Below, piece by piece: positions 35,534-44,537 of a DNA stretch of 62,246 nt. The notes beneath the pieces are model-generated. The model saw only the letters and a program-made list of their open reading frames with translations. It ran no database searches and was not told where the DNA came from. The translations under genes and the position numbers were made by a program. Source of the DNA: Deltaproteobacteria bacterium (lineage in GTDB: Bacteria; Desulfobacterota; Desulfobacteria; Desulfobacterales; JAABPS01); NCBI GenBank assembly GCA_019309685.1, contig JAFDFT010000001.1, positions 1-62,246 of the forward strand, read 5' to 3'. The number at the start of each line of letters is the position of its first letter. The stretch's first letter is position 1.

Positions 35534-36619
35534 CTATGCGTTCGGATCTGCGATATAAGTATCAACTGCTATTACACCGAAATCCAAGCTGTTAAACCTG
35601 GCCTTGGAACAACCGAACATAGCCCCTGCGGTAATGACAAGAGCGTTACCACGGTCGTCTGTTTCCTCATTCCAGGAGTAACGGCCAAAGGCTCCGCCTC
35701 CGCCCCATGCGATTACAGCCGCCTGTGCGCCTAAGAAAAGCGCTCTTGCAGCATCAACGTCGCTACCTGAACCATAATCATCAAAACGAATTACATTTCG
35801 GTGTTTATGCAGGATAACGTCGGCGTATTCGCCCAAAGCGTTATGATACAGGTGATTTCCGTCACCGCGCAGGCCTGCGTTCTTCTGAATATCAACCCAA
35901 TCATTCTCAGAGGTTGACGTTCTTAGTGAGTAAGCCTGGAAGGTGTGCATAAGGAAGACAAACTTATTCTCTCCCTGTACGCGGAAAGGCTGGATCATTG
36001 GATCGAGAGTTTCAGCTTTTGCGACCAGCTTTTCAACAATTCCCAAAGCCAGGCCATCAGCCGAATCAAGATCGCCCTTACCGGTAGCAGCGCCGCCATA
36101 AATCTGATGTGCTGCGTCCGGGGCTCTTAAACTGTTGTTTGCTCGCCCTGCCCATGAAAGCCCAACATGGAAGGAAGTATCAACACCACGAGCCCCAGCC
36201 AGGTACATCATAAGCTGTTGGTCGTAATCTTCTGCCCACCATGTAGAAAGAGCGTTACGGCCTTCAAGCCGCATATTGTAGGGCACTCTCTGCTCTGACA
36301 TTTTGCCCTTTGATTTCGTGCCTTTACGTCTTTGGCTGATGAAAACAAAATCATTAAAGAATTCCAGCGCTTCCTCTGCGCTCGTTCCTTCAATTTGATC
36401 ATCATCCTCAGCACCGTCTCCGCCGAGTTTCATACGCAGGGCAAAGATGATTTTCTCACCAGCCTGCTTATTGAGCTCAGTTTTGACTTTAATAAGGGCA
36501 TCGTCGCCCGTACCCATAAACTTGCGGAAATATTGCTTTACTTCCGCTTCTTTGGCAAGGCTGGTTGACCAGCGCTGAACTGCCAAAGGATCATTTAATG
36601 CAAATTCTGTTGCAGCCAT
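35534..36619 (-). CDS. major capsid protein, N4 gp56 family
   Basis: N-terminal signature RWSTSLAKEAEVKQYFRKFMGTGDDALIKVKTELNKQAGEKIIFALRMKLGGDG...IEGTSAEEAL. Size 361 aa, positioned after the scaffold gene. Confidence 0.85.
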   Translation of the reverse strand: MAATEFALNDPLAVQRWSTSLAKEAEVKQYFRKFMGTGDDALIKVKTELNKQAGEKIIFALRMKLGGDGAEDDDQIEGTSAEEALEFFNDFVFISQRRKGTKSKGKMSEQRVPYNMRLEGRNALSTWWAEDYDQQLMMYLAGARGVDTSFHVGLSWAGRANNSLRAPDAAHQIYGGAATGKGDLDSADGLALGIVEKLVAKAETLDPMIQPFRVQGENKFVFLMHTFQAYSLRTSTSENDWVDIQKNAGLRGDGNHLYHNALGEYADVILHKHRNVIRFDDYGSGSDVDAARALFLGAQAAVIAWGGGGAFGRYSWNEETDDRGNALVITAGAMFGCSKARFNSLDFGVIAVDTYIADPNA

Positions 36620-36642
36620 AATATTTCTCCTTTACGCCGCAG

Positions 36643-37782
36643 CTATCCGCCTAAAGCTTTACGTTCCGCATCGGGAGACATTTTGTGGAAATCCCCTTCC
36701 GAAAGGTTTGTCTTGTCGTCAATTTCCCCACCTTCTCCCGGTATATTGCCTATAAAGCGGCCATCACCGCGTGCGGTTTCTTGAAATTTCTGTAAGAACT
36801 CCTTGTTTTCTTCTTTTACCTCTGCCTCAACTTCTTTCCTTATTGTGGCTCGCAGAGTAGCACTTTCATTCTTCGCGACCATAGACTTGTTGATAAATGT
36901 CACAAGAGAAGCTGCACCTTCACCCATAAGAAAGGCTTTTTTGCTTCCTGGGAGTATAAATTTCGTGGCAGGGTTGGTCATGGCATTGAGATATGCAGCG
37001 TTAAAACCACTTTCCTCTGCATACTCTACAAGATTATTCATAACCTCTTTGCCTTCATCATATATTCCCGGAACGGCTGTTTCAATTTCAGCAACAACTT
37101 TATTAATATTTCCAATCTCGGCTTGTTCTGCCTTGGTTCGATTGTCTTTCGTTGTTTTATCAGCACGGTCCTTGCCTTCCTGTTGCCTGAGCTTTCGCTC
37201 ATAGAGTGTTGCAGCGTCAGGATCTTCCTCTAAAAGTTCCTCAAATTCATCATCAGACAAATCTTTTAGGTCCTCTTTCTCAATTTCATCACCTTCAGGC
37301 TTGAGTTCCCCTGTGCCTTCTTCAATTAGTGCCTGAAGTGTCTCGATTTCACCTTTCAGCTCTAAAACTGTCCGTCGCTCCTTTTGAAGCGCAGGTAATG
37401 CGACAAAGCCTTTTGGCGGAGGTTTGGAATAGTCGGGCGGTTCCTCTTCCTCTGCGGGCTTGCCTTCGCCTTCAATCGGTTTTGCTTCCCCTTCTATTAC
37501 AGGGGCCTTAACCTCTCCGGCTTCACCTGGCTTTGCTTCGTCAGGTTTTTTTGCTTCTGCGCCTTCCTCTTTGGGTTTGGCTTTGTCGTCTATCGACTTG
37601 GAGCTGGCCGGTTTTTCCTCCGGTGACGGTTCCTCTCCCTTAAGTTCAGACTCGGACACTGATTCATTGTCGAAAAGTGAGTCAAACTTAATCGGCTTAC
37701 CTTGATCTGTTGGTAAATCGGTTATGTTTGTCGGACTTGCCTCTGCCTCTTTTACGATTACTGCTGCTTCTGCGTCTGCCAT
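36643..37782 (-). CDS. scaffolding protein (379 aa)
   Basis: Highly acidic E/K/P/A-rich coiled sequence directly upstream of the capsid gene. Confidence 0.65.
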   Translation of the reverse strand: MADAEAAVIVKEAEASPTNITDLPTDQGKPIKFDSLFDNESVSESELKGEEPSPEEKPASSKSIDDKAKPKEEGAEAKKPDEAKPGEAGEVKAPVIEGEAKPIEGEGKPAEEEEPPDYSKPPPKGFVALPALQKERRTVLELKGEIETLQALIEEGTGELKPEGDEIEKEDLKDLSDDEFEELLEEDPDAATLYERKLRQQEGKDRADKTTKDNRTKAEQAEIGNINKVVAEIETAVPGIYDEGKEVMNNLVEYAEESGFNAAYLNAMTNPATKFILPGSKKAFLMGEGAASLVTFINKSMVAKNESATLRATIRKEVEAEVKEENKEFLQKFQETARGDGRFIGNIPGEGGEIDDKTNLSEGDFHKMSPDAERKALGG

Positions 37783-37886
37783 TACATCCTCCTGTTTAGG
37801 TCATTGGACGAGTGACCCCTGCCGTTATCGATGGACAGGTCAACGAATTATATACTTCAGACCGTTTTTCGTTACGGCCAACGATG

Positions 37887-37943
37887 CAAAATAAAAAAGC
37901 CCCATCAAATAAAAATCGTTAGAATTTTATCCGAGGAGGCTTT
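37887..37943 (-). terminator. imperfect long hairpin followed by a U-tract (GGGGCTTTTTTATTTT on the minus strand)
   Basis: AAAGCCTCC...GGGGCTTT pairing, then a T-run, in the 250-nt gap between the Pnk-like and scaffold genes. Confidence 0.4.
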
Positions 37944-38034
37944 ATGCGTTTTCGGCTTGGCCCGTAGTGCTCAACCTAATGCGATCCATGTTAATAAGGT
38001 TCGAGGTTACAGGTGTTATGTGTTTATTTTTAAG

Positions 38035-38787
38035 TCATGAGTTCCTATCGTCAAAGTATTTGTGTGCAAATATCTTCCTTCCGCCAACATCAAACAGCGG
38101 GTTTTCGTTTATATAGTTAAACGGAATTTTATTCTTTAGTAAAAAAGCCCTGGCTTCGTTCTCGAAGTTCCCGCTTCTACAGGTCCATATTATAATAATG
38201 TTTTCCTGGTTTTGCCATAAGAGCTTGATCTTATTCACCGTTTCCGGGATAACCGGCCCAATCGTAGGAAAGTCGTTTTCAACAATGGTACCGTCAAAGT
38301 CAAACGCGTAAAACTTATATCTTTCTGGTCCTGTGTAGATTACGTCAAAACCTTCATCAAGAGACGGCTTTTCATAGTTGTTAGACATAGTATGGAATAC
38401 AGTCTCCCAGGTTGCTGCGGGGATCCCGTTAGAATCATCCTGTCTGCGTTCTAAGCACTCTGGATAGCCTGGTCCCCAATCATAAGCTATAATCTTACAA
38501 CCGAATCGGTTGCCATACTCAACATACCTGGCTCGCCTTGCTTTATCCATATTGGTACGATCAACGACAACATCATTCCCGGTCCTTAGCGCCGTTAAAA
38601 TGGCCGTCGCTTCTATATTTTGGTAAATCTCCTTCTTTTTATAATCATATAGCCCATATTCGCCACCCCCGACCATTTGTTGAATCGAATCCATATTGAC
38701 TATAACGTCTCCATCTTTGGCGAATCTGTTTGCCAGTACTGATTTACCGCTGCCTATATTACCAATAAAGACATTTAATGTACTCAA
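38035..38787 (-). CDS. bifunctional polynucleotide kinase / HAD phosphatase-like protein (Pnkp-like)
   Basis: TTG start. N-terminal P-loop GNIGSGKS and DRTN. C-terminal DxDxT motif FDFDGTI with a HAD-type tail. Confidence 0.7.
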   Translation of the reverse strand: MSTLNVFIGNIGSGKSVLANRFAKDGDVIVNMDSIQQMVGGGEYGLYDYKKKEIYQNIEATAILTALRTGNDVVVDRTNMDKARRARYVEYGNRFGCKIIAYDWGPGYPECLERRQDDSNGIPAATWETVFHTMSNNYEKPSLDEGFDVIYTGPERYKFYAFDFDGTIVENDFPTIGPVIPETVNKIKLLWQNQENIIIIWTCRSGNFENEARAFLLKNKIPFNYINENPLFDVGGRKIFAHKYFDDRNS

Positions 38788-38881
38788 ACTTTCTCCCCTT
38801 TTTCAAACTTTTCAAGCAGCTTCACAAGGTGTAAGGCTATTCTTTTTAATATCTTAACGATTGTTTTTGTTTCTTCAGTCA

Positions 38882-39163
38882 TTATATTACCCGAATTAGG
38901 TGCTTTTTATCTTTTCCCATAATTGCGTCAAAGTATGAATTGGACTTCGCTTCTTTATAAAAAGATTTAGACCAGACTTTCGCTGCGAGCTTGTTATTAA
39001 CCGCTACGACTCCATAATCTTTATTGTTGAACCTGACCTTCCCGGGACCTGTGATTACACCTCCGGCAATAACAGGCTTAGGAGCTGCAAGCAACGCCTT
39101 TGGAGCGACCAGGGCGAGCCCGGCTAAAACTCCAAGTTTTTTAAGAAAGATTCGTCTATTCAT
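38882..39163 (-). CDS. 93-aa protein: Tat-type signal peptide fused to a copy of the capsid N-terminal arm
   Basis: MNRRIFLKKLGVLAGLALVAP matches the RRxFLK twin-arginine consensus. The last 40 aa align with capsid residues 7-46 (about 17 of 40 identical). Confidence 0.55.
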   Translation of the reverse strand: MNRRIFLKKLGVLAGLALVAPKALLAAPKPVIAGGVITGPGKVRFNNKDYGVVAVNNKLAAKVWSKSFYKEAKSNSYFDAIMGKDKKHLIRVI

Positions 39164-39456
39164 TTACTTACAACCTTGATATCAGGTTTCTTTTCTTCCT
39201 CTTTCTTTTTAATGTTCACATCAACCAGGGTAGCCGTGAATCTCAACCGTGAAACGTTCGTAACTGAAACTTCATAGACGAACGGGCCGATGGTAAGTTG
39301 TAATCCAACCGGAGGAACGAAAGCCTGCTTTTCCTTTAAGGGAAGGCTTAGAAGCTCCTTTATTCGCAGTTTAGCGTTCAAAGGTACATTGTCGGCCTCT
39401 TTGATCTTTAACGATTCCTGCTTACCGCTGCCTATGATCTTATTCTCTGGTTCCAT
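39160..39456 (-). CDS. hypothetical protein (98 aa)
   Basis: Track ORF with ATGA coupling. Confidence 0.5.
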   Translation of the reverse strand: MEPENKIIGSGKQESLKIKEADNVPLNAKLRIKELLSLPLKEKQAFVPPVGLQLTIGPFVYEVSVTNVSRLRFTATLVDVNIKKKEEEKKPDIKVVSK

Positions 39457-39465
39457 TATCTAACC

Positions 39466-39621
39466 TCATTTTGGAATAACTATGTGGTATTCCTTGTGGA
39501 TTGGATTATACCACGCATCTGCCTTATAGAAGGTCGGCATGTCTGCAATATACATAAGAACGTATGCAGACCCGCAAAAGACAATGATGAATAGTGTGTA
39601 TTTAATAAATTTACTAACCAT
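39466..39621 (-). CDS. 51-aa membrane micro-protein (internal ATG of track ORF 39466..39813)
   Basis: MVSKFIKYTLFIIVFCGSAYVLMYI TM segment. Its start overlaps the stop of 39614..39838. Confidence 0.3.
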   Translation of the reverse strand: MVSKFIKYTLFIIVFCGSAYVLMYIADMPTFYKADAWYNPIHKEYHIVIPK

Positions 39622-39838
39622 TCTTTTTCCCAAACCTCTGATCAAACCATTCAGGGGATCCGGGCGAGGCCGGGAAGGTATCATCGTACTTATCCCGGAA
39701 AGATCCTGTATTGTCAGATCTGAATCTTTCAGAAAAGCACCTGAAATCCCTGCCGTTTGGAAATATTCTTTGACTGCGCATTTCCTTGTCGGCCTGTTTC
39801 TCAAAAGCCACATCTTCTGCCGCTGTTAATTGTCTCAT
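39614..39838 (-). CDS. hypothetical protein (74 aa)
   Basis: GGGAGGA SD, then ATG in a TAATG overlap with the upstream micro-ORF. Confidence 0.35.
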   Translation of the reverse strand: MRQLTAAEDVAFEKQADKEMRSQRIFPNGRDFRCFSERFRSDNTGSFRDKYDDTFPASPGSPEWFDQRFGKKNG

Positions 39839-39933
39839 TAAATTCCTCCCCTAAATACAAGCTGCGCGATACCAAACAGTATCAATGCAAACAAAAAGCC
39901 CACTGCAAAGTCTATCAATTTGGTCCAGCTCAT
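39838..39933 (-). CDS. 31-aa membrane micro-protein
   Basis: Hand translation MSWTKLIDFAVGFLFALILFGIAQLVFRGGI. ATGA overlap with the portal stop. Confidence 0.3.
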   Translation of the reverse strand: MSWTKLIDFAVGFLFALILFGIAQLVFRGGI

Positions 39934-41984
39934 TGAATAGCCCCCTGGGGTTTAGATATGTGCTCTAATGCTTTCTGTGTCATTTCAAAGCCTTTCGCGA
40001 TTGCATCCACCCTGAATTGATCACCTTTGAGCTTCGCTTCTTCCATATCTATTTTGGCATCTATTAATATTTTCTGTATTTTGGCCTTAAGCTCAATATT
40101 TTCAAGTTGTTTTTGGTTCAGTTCCAGGTGGATACCAGCCTTCTGAAGTTGCTCGGCTTCCTGTTGTTTCTTTTGAGCCGCCTCCATTTGTTTCTGATTT
40201 CTATCCTTAATTTCTTCTGGCGTCAAGTCTTCATCCTCATACTTCTCACCTAACAATGGTTTAATCTTAGCAAGTAGCATATCTTTGTTTGGAATATTAG
40301 ACATTTCGAACGCCATGGACATCAATTGAGGGATGATTTCCGGGGGAGATTTCTTGACCCACTCAATAATCAAGTTCATGTTTTGTTCACGGACAGTATC
40401 GCTCTGTGGTTGATCTGATATGACCGTATCATACTTGCCCTGAGTGATATCATTCCGAATTGTAATCTGTTTATTCTCGCCAATAACCTTTTGATTAAGC
40501 TGAACAAATCTTTCAGCGCCACTTAATCTATCGGTTATCCTCAACACCTTTGGAGCAGACCAAAATCCTTGAACATTGGCCACTACCTGCTCACCAATCA
40601 TGTGTAAGGATCTGCGCTTATTATCAAATAAAGTAGCTGTTGTGGTTGCGCCCTGGGTAATTTTCTTTTCAAGGGCTATACCGGAAAGTGCAGGCGTTTT
40701 AAATCCAGAGCTTTCACTGTTGGCCCCGGACATTTCCTGGATCTCTCGTTCATCCTGCTGTAAGATTGCGGTCTGTGAGGGTGCAAGTTCAGCTTGTTCG
40801 TGAATCTTTATTTTATCTATCATTCCTTTTTTAACAACAACAAAGCCGTCTAACTTGTTTGCTTCTTCATAAACTCGCTGCAGGCCGTCTTTATCCTTTG
40901 CAACACCTTCCTCTACCGTTACTCTCCTGGATTTTAGGAAAGCAAGCGCCATGGACCGTCTTTTATTAACTTCTTCATCCTGGCCCATTATTTGTTTTGG
41001 CACTCCGTATGGAGTATTAAACCTGTCAATATATCCAAGGAAGGGAATAAACGGATATTCATCATGCGGGAACGGTGAGCGCTGTTGCATTAATATTAAA
41101 TCATCAATGAAGGTACAGACATACATTTTCTTAACTGTTGCCATAACGACCTGTTGCGCCTGTTGAACGATTTGGAATTGTTCGTTCAGATCTAATTCAT
41201 CCAACTCGATCACGGTACCGTCCAAGAAGGATGCAAACGTCCGCGTTTCGTCCATAGGATACCACATTTCTACAGGCCTTACCCTTTTCCTCTCTGCCTC
41301 AACCCAACCGGATCCGGCCATTTGTCGCCTGTTTTCTTCGATATAGCTTGCTTCATCATCAAAAAAAGAGCTGTATGTGTCTGACTGTGCGCCTGATAGC
41401 TCGTCAAACTTGGCTTGAAGCGCTTGTGACTTCTCTTTAAACATCGCCTTAACAGAGGAAAGGTCAACCCAACGCTGTTGAAAGACATATTTTGTGGAAT
41501 CAGGGCTCCACCATGGCGGAGAAAAAGGATCTCCCCACATTTCTTTCCAATCACGGTACTTAAGGGTAATCTTTTCCTTGCGAGGATCACGGTTAAGAGT
41601 TGGAGACAGACAGCCAAAGCCAGGTATAATCTGATCTTTAAAGGCCTGGGATATAAGATATGTGCCGCTGCATTGATCCATTATAAACTTAATGCTCTCG
41701 GTCATTATCTGAGATACTTCGGAATCTTTGATCGTCCTGGCCTTCGCCGTGATATCATATTTATTGATAGCTTCATATCCCAACAATAGATTGACCGCAG
41801 GAAATGTTCTATTAATGGTGACAGGATCGATCCCAGCATCAATGGCAGCGTCATAATCCTCTTGCGTCCATTGAGCCTTACCACCATCATACATTTCTGA
41901 ACAACGCCATGCTTGCGCTCTCCAATCCCTTGCCGCCCATTGAGCTTCTTGGACCCATGTATTTAATGTTGCTATTTCAATCAT
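39930..41984 (-). CDS. portal protein (684 aa)
   Basis: Size and position immediately after TerL (TAATG coupling), with an acidic coiled C-terminus. No motif-level proof. Confidence 0.7.
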   Translation of the reverse strand: MIEIATLNTWVQEAQWAARDWRAQAWRCSEMYDGGKAQWTQEDYDAAIDAGIDPVTINRTFPAVNLLLGYEAINKYDITAKARTIKDSEVSQIMTESIKFIMDQCSGTYLISQAFKDQIIPGFGCLSPTLNRDPRKEKITLKYRDWKEMWGDPFSPPWWSPDSTKYVFQQRWVDLSSVKAMFKEKSQALQAKFDELSGAQSDTYSSFFDDEASYIEENRRQMAGSGWVEAERKRVRPVEMWYPMDETRTFASFLDGTVIELDELDLNEQFQIVQQAQQVVMATVKKMYVCTFIDDLILMQQRSPFPHDEYPFIPFLGYIDRFNTPYGVPKQIMGQDEEVNKRRSMALAFLKSRRVTVEEGVAKDKDGLQRVYEEANKLDGFVVVKKGMIDKIKIHEQAELAPSQTAILQQDEREIQEMSGANSESSGFKTPALSGIALEKKITQGATTTATLFDNKRRSLHMIGEQVVANVQGFWSAPKVLRITDRLSGAERFVQLNQKVIGENKQITIRNDITQGKYDTVISDQPQSDTVREQNMNLIIEWVKKSPPEIIPQLMSMAFEMSNIPNKDMLLAKIKPLLGEKYEDEDLTPEEIKDRNQKQMEAAQKKQQEAEQLQKAGIHLELNQKQLENIELKAKIQKILIDAKIDMEEAKLKGDQFRVDAIAKGFEMTQKALEHISKPQGAIQ

Positions 41985-43489
41985 TATGCTGCTCTTTTTC
42001 TTTTAGGTGAAAAGTCTGCCGCAGTATTTGCAAACTCATGTGCTACTGCCATGGTTATAAACGCATCAGCCGGGTTACTGGCCCAATTGTGATAAGGTTT
42101 GTCTCGATATGTGCCGCGCTTATCGTCCCATTCTCTGCGATAGTTCTCTAAAGCCTTAATTCCGGCTGCGCAGTTCTTCTCATGGAAGATACAGTGAGGC
42201 AGGATAGACCTGGCAGCGGATATCTGGTCCGCATCGTCTTGAATATCCTTTCTCAACTTTGGAGCCACTTCGAAATCTATCCCCAATTCCAAAGCTCTTT
42301 CAACGCGAGTCTTGCCTGTTCCCCATTCTGTGTTGTTAATATCGTGCGGTCCGGTATGTTTCCCGAACTTATAGCCGGTGTCTCTTAAAATATCCTTATA
42401 GAAGGGTAGGCCTTCGTTGTAATTCTCATAGAAATCAATAAGGTGTATCATATTGCCGATTGTTTGCGAAAACCATATAGCCGTTGTATCGCTGGCTCTT
42501 AACCCCAGGTCCCACCAGGTATCAATCGGATATCCTTCTTCGGTCGGAAAGATGGTAATTCGTTTCTCTTTATAGATCCTCTGGAATTGACTTGTAAAGT
42601 ATGCACCTTCAATCCTGGCCTCGAAAGCTTCCTCGGGTGTCGAGGGATGCTCTCGCTTCATTTCGTCGCCCTGGGTTTCCCACTTCTTCGAGTACCATGC
42701 TTGCTGCTTTCCATCCAGGGCGATACTATGTTTATCTTTAAGGGATTTAAAATAAGCCTCAAGAGGTTTCGGGATAACAACCTGAGCGTCCAGGGTATTA
42801 CGGGGATCTTGCCACCATGGGAAGAAAAAGAACTTGAAGTCGAGCATGGTTAATTTAACCTTGCCTTCTTTCTTCTTCTTCGCAGCCTGGCAATAATCAA
42901 AGAAATATCCTTCGTTACCTTCTGCGGTTGATTCAATGGCTATAAACTGCCCGGCGTGAACAGTGTTTAATGCACCGGTGACGATCTCTTTTGCTTTATC
43001 CGGAAACTTCTTACATAGCTTTCCGAACTCAGAGATATGTAAATACTGTAAAGTGCCTGATCTAAGGCTTGTACCTACCCTAATGGCAGAGTTATTGTTG
43101 AATAGAAGCTCTCTGGCGGAGTCGGTTTTCGCCGTAATGACGTCTTTTATCTCTTTTGGGAGGTTATCATAGGCAAACTTAACTTTATCTTTAAAGAAAG
43201 CCTCGGCATCTTCCCTGTTATGAGCGATTATACCGGCCCTCATGTTGGAGTTGAATAGGCAGATGTCAAGAAAGAGGATACAAAAGAAGGTTGTGACGCC
43301 ATGCTGTCTTGATTTCAGGATGATGGAAAGGAACCATAAGAACTTGTATAGAATCTGCTGGACCATATTCGGACGGAACTTAACCTTCTCGCCCTTTTCG
43401 TTGACGATCCAATACAGATTGTTGAGCCGCCACTTTTGGTTGGCCATGTTATTCTTAAACTGTTTAAGTTCTTTTGTTTCTTTTTTCAT
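41984..43489 (-). CDS. terL: terminase large subunit
   Basis: N-terminal ATPase region LKSRQHGVTTFF and IIAHNREDAE, then a C-terminal nuclease-type region. Start is uncertain (GTG 43519, ATG 43489 or 43447). Confidence 0.8.
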   Translation of the reverse strand: MKKETKELKQFKNNMANQKWRLNNLYWIVNEKGEKVKFRPNMVQQILYKFLWFLSIILKSRQHGVTTFFCILFLDICLFNSNMRAGIIAHNREDAEAFFKDKVKFAYDNLPKEIKDVITAKTDSARELLFNNNSAIRVGTSLRSGTLQYLHISEFGKLCKKFPDKAKEIVTGALNTVHAGQFIAIESTAEGNEGYFFDYCQAAKKKKEGKVKLTMLDFKFFFFPWWQDPRNTLDAQVVIPKPLEAYFKSLKDKHSIALDGKQQAWYSKKWETQGDEMKREHPSTPEEAFEARIEGAYFTSQFQRIYKEKRITIFPTEEGYPIDTWWDLGLRASDTTAIWFSQTIGNMIHLIDFYENYNEGLPFYKDILRDTGYKFGKHTGPHDINNTEWGTGKTRVERALELGIDFEVAPKLRKDIQDDADQISAARSILPHCIFHEKNCAAGIKALENYRREWDDKRGTYRDKPYHNWASNPADAFITMAVAHEFANTAADFSPKRKRAA

Positions 43490-43805
43490 TTCGTTCGGTT
43501 CTCTTAAAGAGTACCCCACCTTTAATGAAAATCAGCTCTATCGACGGATCGTTTAATAGTGCTTGATACTCACGAGGAAATACGTTTTTATATGTATCCC
43601 ATATAACATCGCTCATTCCACCGTAACAACCATTTAAACTTTCAAGTCTCTCGCCCGTGGGGCACCCATCATTTTCCCTAATGATTATAGGCCTTTCTGA
43701 GACTGCCATTTTTTGGGGAATTGCGAAAAATTGCCATTTCCGAGGGCCTCGTCTCTGGTTTAAGACCAGTGTGTCGTTATACGGTATGAGATTATCTTCA
43801 TTCAT
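43464..43805 (-). CDS. hypothetical protein (113 aa)
   Basis: Track ORF. Confidence 0.4.
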   Translation of the reverse strand: MNEDNLIPYNDTLVLNQRRGPRKWQFFAIPQKMAVSERPIIIRENDGCPTGERLESLNGCYGGMSDVIWDTYKNVFPREYQALLNDPSIELIFIKGGVLFKRTERNEKRNKRT

Positions 43806-43983
43806 TCTGGTTTACCCTGGCTGTCTTTCCGCGTTCAGCATTGCGAAACTTATTCTTTTTTTGGGCTATTATTACTACCCCATAGTTTACAGGATCATAT
43901 ATAATCGGCGTTCCGTCCAGTGTATGATCAGGAGCGTTTTCCCCAAAGTCTTCTTTGCTCATTCCTATTATTAAGGGCTTCAT
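43798..43983 (-). CDS. hypothetical protein (61 aa)
   Basis: Track ORF coupled to TerS. Confidence 0.35.
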   Translation of the reverse strand: MKPLIIGMSKEDFGENAPDHTLDGTPIIYDPVNYGVVIIAQKKNKFRNAERGKTARVNQNE

Positions 43984-44525
43984 TTTTGGTTTATCCGAGC
44001 TGTTTTGCCGTCAATTTCATCAAGAAGGTTGCTGAAAGTCTCTGCAAACCCTTCACCCTTCTGCTTATTATCCTTTTCGAACAACCCCTCAAACTTTGCC
44101 AGATATTCAAGAGCCTTAAGCTTATCAGACATTTTAATCTTTTTAGTGAACTGGCCATAGATAATGCTTTCTTGAACATCAACACCGACGAGCGCTGCTG
44201 CTGTATTCTTGTCAATCTCATGAAGTTTCTTAAGAGTACCGTCCCTGTTATAGATCTTCCTAATATCAAAGAACGCGATCTGAGCAATGCCTTTTATGAT
44301 ATTGGCTGCGTTAACATCTGCTAATTTCGTAGCGCGGGCCTTCCTGATTGCTAATTCCTTGACAATGTTATCATTTGTCATCAGCCGGGAAGCATTTTTT
44401 CTTGCGGCTTTTGGCGCGTAACCAGCTTTAATATAAGCCTTTTCCTGAGTCATACCTTTGATAAGGTTATGAATAAACTTGTCCTGCATGGGGGAAAGCT
44501 TTGCTTTTTTCTTTTTTTTAACCAT
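43980..44525 (-). CDS. terS: terminase small subunit
   Basis: LSPMQDKFIHNLIKGMTQEKAYIKAGYAPKAARKNASRLMTNDNI is the typical TerS HTH N-terminus. Confidence 0.75.
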   Translation of the reverse strand: MVKKKKKAKLSPMQDKFIHNLIKGMTQEKAYIKAGYAPKAARKNASRLMTNDNIVKELAIRKARATKLADVNAANIIKGIAQIAFFDIRKIYNRDGTLKKLHEIDKNTAAALVGVDVQESIIYGQFTKKIKMSDKLKALEYLAKFEGLFEKDNKQKGEGFAETFSNLLDEIDGKTARINQK

Positions 44526-44537
44526 AATTATTTCTTC

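Noticed and set aside
37990-38020. Checked the tRNA-like string ggttcgaggttacagg, and the other intergenic gaps, for tRNA genes.
   Set aside because: There is no acceptor-stem complementarity or cloverleaf around it. No other gap shows a T-arm GTTCRANYC with matching stems.
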